Source of the DNA: an uncultured Acidobacteriota bacterium
Lineage (GTDB): Bacteria > Acidobacteriota > Thermoanaerobaculia > Multivoradales > JAHEKO01
Length of the DNA stretch: 64,000 nucleotides
Assembly (NCBI GenBank): GCA_963713825.1
Contig: CAVQNG010000003.1
Coordinates: forward strand, 288,001 to 352,000
Direction: 5' to 3'
The notes beneath the pieces were generated by a model. It searched no databases, was not told where the DNA came from, and worked only from the letters and a program-made list of their open reading frames with translations. Made by a program: the position numbers and the translations under genes. Of this stretch, positions 29,877 to 38,683 are shown in pieces. The stretch's first letter is position 1; every line of letters starts with the position of its first letter.

Positions 29877-31189
29877 AGAATGTAGTGGTTTTCGGAGCGG
29901 GCCTGGTCTCCAGGCCGTTGGTGCGTTATCTGCTCGATCACGGTTTCGGCGTCACAGTGGCTTCCCGGACCGTTTCCAAAGCCGAGGCCCTGGTGGAAGG
30001 TCATCCGAATGGCCGTGCAACCACGGTTCTGGCCGACGACGAGCAGGCTCTCAGGAGCTTCATCGCAGAGTCCGACCTCGCGGTCAGCTTGCTACCTGCG
30101 CCGATGCACCCGGTGGTGGCGCGAGCCTGCCTCGATCTCGGCAAGCACATGGTCACCACATCGTATGTCGGGCCGGAAATGATGGCGTTCAACGACGAGG
30201 CTCGCGACAAGGACCTTTTGCTGCTCAATGAGATCGGCGTCGATCCCGGCATCGACCACATGAGCGCCATGCGCGTCATCCACAACGAGCAGAGTCAGGG
30301 CGGCACGCTGGTGGGATTCTCCTCCTGGTGCGGCGGGCTGCCGGCTCCAGAAGCCAACGACAATCCGTGGGGCTACAAGTTCTCGTGGAGCCCACGGGGC
30401 GTGCTGGTGGCGGCGCGGAACTCCGCGCGGTACATCAGGGATGGTGAGCTGATAGAGATCACTCCCGACGAACTGTTCGCGTACCCCGCGACCGTCGAGA
30501 TACCAGGCGTCGGCACCTACGAGGGCTATCCCAACCGTGACTCGGTCTCCTACCTGGACACCTACGGCTTCAACAAGGGCGAGGTGACCACCATGTTCCG
30601 CGGCACGCTGCGGAACCTCGGTCATTGCAAGCTCTACACCAACATCATTCGACTGGGGCTGATCGACGCCGCGCCCGAGTACGAGGTCGCCGGCCTGACT
30701 TACAAGGGATTGATGGAGCAGATCTTCGGTGCGCCGCTCGAGGAGACGATCCCCGCCAAGCTGGGCATCGACGCCGCTGATTCGCCCGTCGAGCCGCTGC
30801 GCTATATCGGCATGCTTTCGGACGAGCCCATCGACACTGAGAAGGCCTCGATGCTGGATCTGATGGCTGACTGCATGGCGAAGACGCTGGTCTACAAAGA
30901 GGGCGAGCGCGACATGCTGCTGCAGCGCCACGACCTGACCTTCACCTATCCCGAGGACAGGAAAGAAACGGTGACGGCCATCATGGTCGACTACGGAATT
31001 CCTGGTGGTGACTCATCGATGGCCCGCACGGTATCGCTGCCGGCCGCCATCGGAGCCAGGATGATCCTGGAAGGCAAGATCACGATTCGAGGGGTTCAGA
31101 TTCCGATCCTCCCCGATATCTACGTGCCGGTCCTGGATGAGCTGGAGACTCTCGGGATCACCTTCGAGGAGACCCGCGAAGCGGTCTGA
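29873..31189 (+). CDS. Saccharopine dehydrogenase (glutamate-forming, Lys9/AASS SDH type)
   Basis: GAGLVS, VTTSYV, NEIGVDPGIDHMSA, SWCGGLPAPE, YKFSWSPRGVL, YPNRDS, RGTLR, MARTVSLPAAI; ATGA overlap with LKR. Confidence 0.93.
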   Translation: MKNVVVFGAGLVSRPLVRYLLDHGFGVTVASRTVSKAEALVEGHPNGRATTVLADDEQALRSFIAESDLAVSLLPAPMHPVVARACLDLGKHMVTTSYVGPEMMAFNDEARDKDLLLLNEIGVDPGIDHMSAMRVIHNEQSQGGTLVGFSSWCGGLPAPEANDNPWGYKFSWSPRGVLVAARNSARYIRDGELIEITPDELFAYPATVEIPGVGTYEGYPNRDSVSYLDTYGFNKGEVTTMFRGTLRNLGHCKLYTNIIRLGLIDAAPEYEVAGLTYKGLMEQIFGAPLEETIPAKLGIDAADSPVEPLRYIGMLSDEPIDTEKASMLDLMADCMAKTLVYKEGERDMLLQRHDLTFTYPEDRKETVTAIMVDYGIPGGDSSMARTVSLPAAIGARMILEGKITIRGVQIPILPDIYVPVLDELETLGITFEETREAV

Positions 31190-31223
31190 GCACCGAATCG
31201 CTGAGAACAGAACTGAGCATCTT

Positions 31224-31263
31224 GGGCCGCCACCCGAGTGAAGGGTCGGCGGCCCCTTTCTTT
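31224..31263 (+). terminator. Rho-independent terminator
   Basis: GGGCCGCC-ACCC...GGGT-C-GGCGGCCC stem followed by CTTTCTTT. Confidence 0.75.
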
Positions 31264-31439
31264 CAGGGATCAATCCTGGTGGAGGCCGACTTGAAGAACC
31301 AGGCAATCCGCGTTACGACCCGCAGCCAGAGACGACCCTTCGCCTGATTCTGCTGCCAACGGAATACCAGCTTCGGAGCAAGATCGCAGTATCTGCTCCC
31401 GTCAGTCAGAGGAGAAGGCGTTCTCGAAACGAATCCGCC

Positions 31440-31468
31440 TTGACATGTGATAGTGATGAAACCATACT
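31440..31468 (+). promoter_or_regulatory. Sigma70 promoter of the TA operon, probably leaderless
   Basis: TTGACA-17 nt-CATACT, then 6 nt to ATG 31475; no Shine-Dalgarno sequence. Confidence 0.7.
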
Positions 31469-31474
31469 CTCTAC

Positions 31475-31705
31475 ATGACCACGATGATTCAGATTCGAAA
31501 TGTGCCGGATGCAATTCACCACCAGATCAAGGCGCGGGCCTCAATTGCGGGCATGTCCATGTCCGAGTTCATCTTGCAGGAGCTCCAACGGGTCATCGAG
31601 CGGCCTTCTCGGGATGAGCTACTGGATCGCCTGGCGAAGCTGCCAGGGGTCGAGGTTGAGCCCTCGCCGGAGGAGCTGATTCGAACCGATCGGGATTCTC
31701 GTTGA
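31475..31705 (+). CDS. Ribbon-helix-helix antitoxin (FitA/VapB-like)
   Basis: IQIRNVPDAIHHQIKARA...GMSMSEF; C-terminal IRTDRDSR; overlaps the toxin start. Confidence 0.85.
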   Translation: MTTMIQIRNVPDAIHHQIKARASIAGMSMSEFILQELQRVIERPSRDELLDRLAKLPGVEVEPSPEELIRTDRDSR

Positions 31706-32094
31706 TCGTTCTCGACGCATCTGCCCTCCTCGAGCTTCTTCTCGTCACTGCCTCGGGCAGGCGCCTCGCGGAGCGCATCAGGCCGGCTGGGATTTCCTTG
31801 CACGCACCTCACCTCGTCGACGTCGAGGTGGCGCAGGCGGTCCGAAAGTACGTGCTCGCCGGCGCAATATCAGGTGAACGCGGGCGCCTGGCACTACAGC
31901 ATCTCGCTGAACTCGACTTGGAGCGGTATTCCCACACGCCATTTCTGCAACGGATCTGGGCCCTGCGGGAGAACCTCACCGCCTACGATGCGACCTATGT
32001 TGCGCTGGCGGAAGCTCTCCACGCTACCCTTCTGACTAGCGACCAGCGTATAGCCTCGGCTCCAGGGATTCAGGCGGCCGTCGAACTAGTCTGA
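31702..32094 (+). CDS. vapC: VapC PIN-domain toxin
   Basis: IVLDASALLE, APHLVDVEV, NLTAYDATYVALAE, LLTSDQR. Confidence 0.92.
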   Translation: MIVLDASALLELLLVTASGRRLAERIRPAGISLHAPHLVDVEVAQAVRKYVLAGAISGERGRLALQHLAELDLERYSHTPFLQRIWALRENLTAYDATYVALAEALHATLLTSDQRIASAPGIQAAVELV

Positions 32095-32154
32095 GGTTGC
32101 CGACTGCGGAATCGAGTGATCGAAGGCCTGCCGGTGTGAGCTACACCATGCTGG

Positions 32155-34554
32155 CTAGGGTGGGAAGTTCATTCTCTGGAGCAGGTCGGCCAAGCGGGGA
32201 TCATCACGGAGAGGATCGTACATCGGGTCGACTTTGAGCCAGACGAGGAAATAGTCGCGCTCCTCGTAGGCCCTGTCGAGCCACTCGAAGGCGGCGTCTG
32301 ACTCACCGAGTGCGGCATAGATCGAAGCGATCATCGTGCCAGGCACATAGCGGTCCTGGCGCCGCTCGAGAAGGAAGTCGAGCACCTCGCGGGCTTCGAC
32401 GGTATGACCTGCCTGCGCGTGGGCCACGCCGACCATGGGGTTCTTACCCGGATTTCCCACCTGTCTCGACAGTAGTGTCTCCAAGGCGCCGTCGAAATCA
32501 CCCATAGCCATTTTCGCCTTCGCGTGAACCCACTTGGCGAAGACCGAATCTGGGGAAACTTCGAGATTCAGCTCGGCCTGGGCCAGAGCTTCAGAGTCGC
32601 GGCGAGCGGCGACAAGAAACATCACCCGGCGGCCCCCGATCCAATCGTTCAACGGGTCGAGATCGAAGGCCCGCCGCGAATGCTCGACCGCTTCCTCGTG
32701 TCGCCCCATTACCGAGAGCAGACCGGCATAAGCGTCGAGGACAGTGGCATCGCCGGGAGCATGCTGGAGCAGGAATTCAAACTCCTCCTCGGCACCTGCC
32801 CAGTCGAAGTCGCAGGCGGAGAGCAGCCAGGCTTTGATGAGGTGGGCCTCGGTCGAGGCCGGGTCGAGCTCGAGTGCAGTCTCCACCTCGCTGCGAGCAG
32901 GCTCGCAAACTTCTTCACCGGGCTTGAAGCCCGTGCCCGCGAGGTGATAAAGCATCTGGCCTCGCAATGCGTGTGCGAGAGCGAAGTCAGGCTCCAGCTC
33001 GACAGCTTGATCGATCAGGTCGCGAATCCTGTCCTGCTCATCGCGCTGCGATGATCCTCGTCGATTCAGATCTATCGCCTGGAGCACGAGGCGGTGGGCT
33101 TCGGGATCGATTTCGCGGTTGGTGGCGAGCGCCCTCTCTTCCTCAGGGCTCACCGCGATCTGGATCTCGCTCGCGATGCCTCGCGCGACTTCACTCTGCA
33201 GGCTCAGAACATCTCGAGCCTCGCGAGTGTAGCTCTCGGCCCACAGATGGCTGTCGCTGGCGCCGTCGATGAGCTGCACCGTGATGCGGATCTTGTCAGC
33301 GTCTTGCATCACCGATCCTGCGACGATTCCTCGAACACCCAGGGCCCGAGCGATCTCCGGCAGTGGCTGTTGGGCTCCTTTGTACTGCATCACCGAAGTG
33401 CGGGAGATGACCTTGAGCTCTCGCAGCTTGGCGAGCTCGGCGATCAGCGCCTCGGTCATGCCATCGGCGAAGTACTCCTGCTCCGGGTCGCCCGAGAGAT
33501 TGGAGAGCGGCAGCACGGCCAGTGAGTCGATCCGCCCATCGTCCTCTTCCGCACCACCGCGAGGCAGGACTCCGAACACCCAGATACCCGCAATCACCAG
33601 GACCATAAGTAGCGCTGCACTAAGTAGGGCCACCCTGCCCCAGTGACGGCGCTCTTGCTGAGGTTGAAGGCGGACACCAGAGCCCGAGGTGGAAGCCCGC
33701 GAGGATTCGCGAGCGGACTCCAGATCGAACGCCAGATCCCGGGTCGATTGGAATCGATCCTCCGGCTGCTTCTCCAGGCAGTGACGCAGGATCCTCTCCA
33801 CCTGTGGGTCGATCGAGACGCCGGAGTCGACCAACTCGGGCGGCTCCTCCTGAAGGGTCGCGCTCATGGTCTCGACCGCCGAATTGCGCTGGAAGGCCTG
33901 TTTCCCCGAGAGCATCTCGTAGAGCACGCAACCGAAGGCGAACAAGTCGGTTCGGGCGTCGGCCGGCTCACCCCGCAATTGCTCGGGTGCCATGTAACCG
34001 AAAGTGCCGAGCAGAACACCGTCCGCGGTCTCGGCCGCCATCGTGCTCGCTGCGGTCGAGATTCCCTCGAGCGGCCCTTTGAGCTTGGCCAGACCGAAAT
34101 CGAGGATCTTGACGACTCCGTCACGTGTCAGGAACAGATTCGCCGGCTTGAGGTCACGGTGCACGAGATCACGTTCGTGGGCTGCAGCCAGACCGCGAGC
34201 TATCTGGGTCGCGATCTCGAGCGCCTTGCTTGCCTGAGTTGGACCGCGATCGAGCACTTCACGCAGGGACTCTCCTTCGAGCAGCTCGGTGACCAGGTAG
34301 GGCCGGCCCTGCTCCGACCCGACATCGTGAATGGTGAGGATGTTGGGGTGGTTGAGCGCTGAAGCCGCCCGCGCCTCACGCTCGAAGCGAGCCAGACGCT
34401 CGGGATCCTCAGAAGCACCGCTGAGCAGCACCTTGATAGCCACCTCCCTGCCGAGTCGTGGATCCCTCGCCTTATAGACCTCTCCCATGCCACCCCTTCC
34501 AATCAGGGCGACAATCTCGTAGGGGCCTAGATGGGTCCCGCTGGGAATCGTCAT
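32155..34554 (-). CDS. Ser/Thr kinase with a TM helix, TolB-N-like domain and TPRs
   Basis: IGRGGMGEVY, HRDLKPAN, DFGLAK, GTFGYMAPE; TM VALLSAALLMVLVIAGIWVF; SLAVLPLSNLSGDPEQEYFADGMTE; C-terminal DPLRDDPR. Confidence 0.93.
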   Translation of the reverse strand: MTIPSGTHLGPYEIVALIGRGGMGEVYKARDPRLGREVAIKVLLSGASEDPERLARFEREARAASALNHPNILTIHDVGSEQGRPYLVTELLEGESLREVLDRGPTQASKALEIATQIARGLAAAHERDLVHRDLKPANLFLTRDGVVKILDFGLAKLKGPLEGISTAASTMAAETADGVLLGTFGYMAPEQLRGEPADARTDLFAFGCVLYEMLSGKQAFQRNSAVETMSATLQEEPPELVDSGVSIDPQVERILRHCLEKQPEDRFQSTRDLAFDLESARESSRASTSGSGVRLQPQQERRHWGRVALLSAALLMVLVIAGIWVFGVLPRGGAEEDDGRIDSLAVLPLSNLSGDPEQEYFADGMTEALIAELAKLRELKVISRTSVMQYKGAQQPLPEIARALGVRGIVAGSVMQDADKIRITVQLIDGASDSHLWAESYTREARDVLSLQSEVARGIASEIQIAVSPEEERALATNREIDPEAHRLVLQAIDLNRRGSSQRDEQDRIRDLIDQAVELEPDFALAHALRGQMLYHLAGTGFKPGEEVCEPARSEVETALELDPASTEAHLIKAWLLSACDFDWAGAEEEFEFLLQHAPGDATVLDAYAGLLSVMGRHEEAVEHSRRAFDLDPLNDWIGGRRVMFLVAARRDSEALAQAELNLEVSPDSVFAKWVHAKAKMAMGDFDGALETLLSRQVGNPGKNPMVGVAHAQAGHTVEAREVLDFLLERRQDRYVPGTMIASIYAALGESDAAFEWLDRAYEERDYFLVWLKVDPMYDPLRDDPRLADLLQRMNFPP

Positions 34555-34693
34555 GTCAGGGCAGCTCCGATTCTACGCGCGAAGGAGCACCGTTCAAAGA
34601 TGGCATCAGCCCCTCTGTCACTCGGTCTGCAGCCAAGTGGCGTGCGAACTGTAGAATCGGCGGACATTCAGAATAACTCCAAGGAGCGTCTGC

Positions 34694-36067
34694 ATGACCG
34701 ATTTCAGGATCGAAGAGCTTAGAGAAGCAGTGAGTGGTGAGGTCGTCAGCCCTGGAGACGAGGGGTACGACGAGGCTCGCAGCGTCTGGAACGTGCGGTT
34801 CGATCGCCGACCCAAGGTCATCGTTCGATGTCGTGAAGCCGCCGACGTTCAAGCCGCTGTCAGATTCGCCCGGCAGGAGGATCTCGAGATCTCTGTCAAG
34901 GGGGGTGGCCATGCCTACGCTGCCAACACCGTCGGCGAGGGCGGCCTTCTGATCGACCTCTCCGCGATGAGGCAAATCACTGTCGATGCCGAGGCGAAGA
35001 CGGCGAAAGTGGGCGCCGGTGTGAAGTGGGGAGAGTTTCACGTCGCGACCGAGGAGCACGGTCTGGCGCCGGTCGGTGGCACCGTTTCGACGGTGGGGGT
35101 AGCCGGCTTCACCCTCGGTGGTGGTAGCGGCTATCTCTCCCGCAAATACGGGATGGGCGTCGACAATCTCCTGTCCGCAGATGTCGTGACTGCAGATGGC
35201 GAGCTCGTGCACGCCAGCGAGAGCGAGAACCCGGACCTCTTCTGGGCTCTGCGCGGCGGTGGAGGCAACTTCGGCATCGTTACGACTTTCGAGTTCCAAC
35301 TGCACCAGGTCGGACCCGAAGTACTGACGGGGCAGGTCGTTTATCGCTTCGAGGATGCCGCGGCGGGGCTCCGCTTGTACCGCGAGTTCATGGACGAGGC
35401 TCCAGACGAAGTCGGCTGCTACGCCTTCATCCTGCGAATTCCGCCGATCCCGGAGTTCCCCGAAGAGTCCCATGGCCAGCTTGCCCTCGACCTGGTGGTG
35501 TTCCACCCCGATCCAACCGCCGAGGACGCCTTCCGACGACTGCTCGACTTCGGCGATCCCATCCTCGCGTTCACCATGCCCCAGGCGCTGACAGAGCTGC
35601 TGCAGGCTTTCGATGCCGGACTGCCTGCCGGTCAACGATACGAATCGGGGTCACACGACCTTCGCACTCTCTCCGACGAGGTGATCGACGCTTTCCTGGC
35701 ACAGATCGGCTCGATGCCCGGAGAGTTCACGATGGCCTACATCGGGGCAGGCGGGGGCGCCATCGCCCGTGTCGATCCGACGGCTACCGCCTTCCCGCAC
35801 CGCGACGCACCCTACGGCTACCACGTTCTGGCAGGTTGGATGGACCCCGCGCAGGATGCCGAGGTCACGGAATGGGTGTCGCAGTTCCAGCAGGCGATGA
35901 CGCCGTACGCAACCGGTGGTGTCTACGTGAACCTACTCGGTACTGGGGAACAGGACCGCGTTCCGGCAGCTTACGGCGCGAACTACGAGCGCCTCGTAGA
36001 GATCAAGAAGAAGTGGGATCCGAACAACGTCTTTCGGATGAACCACAACATCCAGCCGAGCGGTTGA
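34694..36067 (+). CDS. FAD-binding oxidoreductase with BBE domain
   Basis: KGGGH (covalent-FAD His position), GVAGFTLGGG, DLFWALRGGGGNFGIVT, YVN, KKKWDPNNVFRMNHNI. Confidence 0.92.
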   Translation: MTDFRIEELREAVSGEVVSPGDEGYDEARSVWNVRFDRRPKVIVRCREAADVQAAVRFARQEDLEISVKGGGHAYAANTVGEGGLLIDLSAMRQITVDAEAKTAKVGAGVKWGEFHVATEEHGLAPVGGTVSTVGVAGFTLGGGSGYLSRKYGMGVDNLLSADVVTADGELVHASESENPDLFWALRGGGGNFGIVTTFEFQLHQVGPEVLTGQVVYRFEDAAAGLRLYREFMDEAPDEVGCYAFILRIPPIPEFPEESHGQLALDLVVFHPDPTAEDAFRRLLDFGDPILAFTMPQALTELLQAFDAGLPAGQRYESGSHDLRTLSDEVIDAFLAQIGSMPGEFTMAYIGAGGGAIARVDPTATAFPHRDAPYGYHVLAGWMDPAQDAEVTEWVSQFQQAMTPYATGGVYVNLLGTGEQDRVPAAYGANYERLVEIKKKWDPNNVFRMNHNIQPSG

Positions 36068-36082
36068 AGGAAGTAGGTCTCT

Positions 36083-37792
36083 TTGGATCTCACCTTTATC
36101 GATCTCGCCGTCTTCGCGGTCTTCATGGCAACGGTCGTCGCCATCTCGCTCTACGCGGGTCGCCGCGAGGAGAGCACTGAAGACTACTTTCTGGCCGGCC
36201 GCTCTCTGGGATGGGGCCTGATCGGCTTTTCGCTCATCGCCTCGAACATCTCCACCGAGCATTTCGTCGGCATGGCGGGACAGGCGTTCGGACGCGTCGG
36301 GCTGGCCATTGCCAGCTACGAGTGGATGGCCGCCATCACTCTGGTCTTCGTGGCCTGGTGGCTGCTACCCAGATTTCTCAAGGCCGGCATCTACACGATG
36401 CCTGAGTATCTGGAGTACCGCTACGACAGTGCCGCTCGCACCACCATGGCTGTCTACATGATGGCCGCCTACGTAATCGTGTTCCTGGCGACAGTCTTGT
36501 TCTCTGGAGCCGTGGCGCTGAATGCCATCTTCGACATCACCGGCATGTTCGAGAACCGCTTCGGGATGGCGACGGCGGACGCCGAGGTCTGGGCCAATGT
36601 CACCGGCATCTGGCTGATTGGAATCGTTGCCGGCTGCTACACGATCTATGGCGGCTTGAAGGCCGTCGTCTGGTCGGATCTGCTGCAGGGAGGAGCCCTT
36701 CTCATCGGCGGTGCGATCGTCGCTTTTCTCGGTCTGAGGCTTTTGGGAGGAGGAAGCCTGCTCGCAGGTTGGAGCAGCTTCCAGCAAGCCAATGCAGACA
36801 AGCTCCATGTCGTGCTGCCGTGGAACGATCCAGACGTTCCCTGGTTGGCGGTCTTTGTCGGCGGCCTGTGGATTCCGAACATCTTCTACTGGGGCTTGAA
36901 TCAGTTCATCACGCAGCGCACGCTAGGTGCCAAGAGCCTGGCGGAAGGTCAGAAGGGGATCTTCTTCGCCGCCGGCCTGAAGTTGCTGATTCCCTTCATC
37001 ATTGTCATGCCGGGAATCATGGCGTTCCAGCTCTACGGTGACCAGATCGCCAACGGCGACAAGGCCTATCCCTACATGATCAACCAGCTCCTCCCCCCCT
37101 ATCTGCGAGGCGTGATGTTAGCGGCCCTTTGCGGTGCGGTCATGAGCTCCTTCAACTCGGGAATCAACTCCGCCTCGACGATCTTCACCATCGATCTGTA
37201 CAAGAAGTACTTCAAGAAGTCCGCATCGCCGAAGGACGAGGTCTTCGTGGGCCGCATCGCCACGGGAGTGATCGTCATCGTCGCCTGCCTTTGGGCGCCT
37301 GTGATATCGGGCTTCGAAGGGGTCTTCAACTACATTCAGGAGATCTGGGGATTCATCTCTCCCGGCATCGTCGCCGCCTTTCTGGTCGGCCTCGTACTGA
37401 AGATGGCACCCCCAATGGCCGCCAAGGGTGCCCTGTGGCTGGGAGTGCCTCTCTATGCGTTGTGTCGGGCTCCCAAGTGGATCATGGATGGCATCCACGA
37501 TTGGGATACCCGGTACCTGACGACCCTGGCGGACGGATCCACGAGGGTCGTTCCGCCGGAGGGTTTTTGGGGTGCCGCCTACGCCTTCAACTCGTGGTCC
37601 TTCCTGCACCACATGGGTCTGATCTTCTTGATTCTGGTCGCCTACATGGCGGTGATAACGAGACTCAACCCTTTGTCCGAGCCTCGCCAGATGCCCGTGT
37701 CGGGGATCGATGTTTCACCTCATCCGAGGCAATATCTGCTCGGAAGCATCGTGATCGTGATAACGATGATCCTCTATGTCGTGTTCTGGTAG
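36083..37792 (+). CDS. Sodium:solute symporter (SSS, SGLT-like)
   Basis: YFLAGRSL, SNISTEHFVGMAG, ASYEWMAA, GGLKAVVWSD, YWGLNQFITQRTL, NSASTIFTIDLY. Confidence 0.92.
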   Translation: MDLTFIDLAVFAVFMATVVAISLYAGRREESTEDYFLAGRSLGWGLIGFSLIASNISTEHFVGMAGQAFGRVGLAIASYEWMAAITLVFVAWWLLPRFLKAGIYTMPEYLEYRYDSAARTTMAVYMMAAYVIVFLATVLFSGAVALNAIFDITGMFENRFGMATADAEVWANVTGIWLIGIVAGCYTIYGGLKAVVWSDLLQGGALLIGGAIVAFLGLRLLGGGSLLAGWSSFQQANADKLHVVLPWNDPDVPWLAVFVGGLWIPNIFYWGLNQFITQRTLGAKSLAEGQKGIFFAAGLKLLIPFIIVMPGIMAFQLYGDQIANGDKAYPYMINQLLPPYLRGVMLAALCGAVMSSFNSGINSASTIFTIDLYKKYFKKSASPKDEVFVGRIATGVIVIVACLWAPVISGFEGVFNYIQEIWGFISPGIVAAFLVGLVLKMAPPMAAKGALWLGVPLYALCRAPKWIMDGIHDWDTRYLTTLADGSTRVVPPEGFWGAAYAFNSWSFLHHMGLIFLILVAYMAVITRLNPLSEPRQMPVSGIDVSPHPRQYLLGSIVIVITMILYVVFW

Positions 37793-37806
37793 GCCTCGCT
37801 GAAGCT

Positions 37807-38670
37807 TCACATCTCTGCCAAGTAGGCCAGTAGATGCTGGTTGAACTCCTCAGGCCGCTCGAGCATCGGGTAGTGGCCGCAACCCTTCATCACGACCGCA
37901 TCGAAATCGGGTCTGAGCTCGCGGTTGCCCTCGAGATTCAGGGGAATGGTCTCACCCAGGATTGCCCGGATCGGCACCTCGGCACCAGTGAACTCCGCTA
38001 CCAGGTCGTAGTCCAGGAACCCCTCGACGACACGCGGCGCGACCTCTGGATCGAAGCCGCACATCTGGTCCTCGACCCAGGCGTAGAGCACGGGGTCTGT
38101 GCCCTCGAGTAGCAGCTGCTTCACCATGGCATCGCAGGTCGCCGGAAAGTCATCTCTCAGGGCTTGAACATAGGCTTGGCGTGCCGCCTCTTTCCACTCC
38201 TTCTGGACATCTTGGAAAGTGTCTACGGCGATGATTCCTTGGACGATTCCCGGCAGCTTCTTGGCCGCGGCGAGCGCCACGGGTCCACCGAGCGAGTTGC
38301 CGACAAGAACCACAGAATCGAGATCGAGCGCCTTGACAACCGAGCTGACGTCCTCTCCATACAAGTCCATGGTCCACTCACGGTACCGCTTGCCCGAGGA
38401 GCCGTGCCCGGCGAGATCGAGAGTGACCACCTGGAAGCGATCGGACAGGGGCTCGATCTGCTCCTTCCAAAAGCTCTGGTCGGCAAAGCCGCCGTGGATG
38501 AAGACGAGTGCCGGTGCGCCTGTCCCAGTGGAGGTGTAGGCGATTCGAATCCCATCGGCGGAGCCGATCGCAGCCGTCGTGGTGATCGAAGCAATGGTCG
38601 TAGCGCCCTGAGCGTAGGCCGACGCCGCAGAGCCAAGAACCAGGAGCACAACGAGAAGCGATCTGTGCAT
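37807..38670 (-). CDS. Secreted alpha/beta hydrolase
   Basis: LVFIHG, DLAGHGSS, GNSLGG, GHYPMLE; signal peptide. Confidence 0.88.
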   Translation of the reverse strand: MHRSLLVVLLVLGSAASAYAQGATTIASITTTAAIGSADGIRIAYTSTGTGAPALVFIHGGFADQSFWKEQIEPLSDRFQVVTLDLAGHGSSGKRYREWTMDLYGEDVSSVVKALDLDSVVLVGNSLGGPVALAAAKKLPGIVQGIIAVDTFQDVQKEWKEAARQAYVQALRDDFPATCDAMVKQLLLEGTDPVLYAWVEDQMCGFDPEVAPRVVEGFLDYDLVAEFTGAEVPIRAILGETIPLNLEGNRELRPDFDAVVMKGCGHYPMLERPEEFNQHLLAYLAEM

Positions 38671-38683
38671 TGTTTCTCCCCTT

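Noticed and set aside
31264-31435. Possible gene remnant upstream of the TA module
   Set aside because: The translations I checked match no family I recognise
32135-32146. TGTGAGCTACAC repeated at 61477
   Set aside because: Only two 12-bp copies in unlike contexts; could be chance or a -10-like sequence
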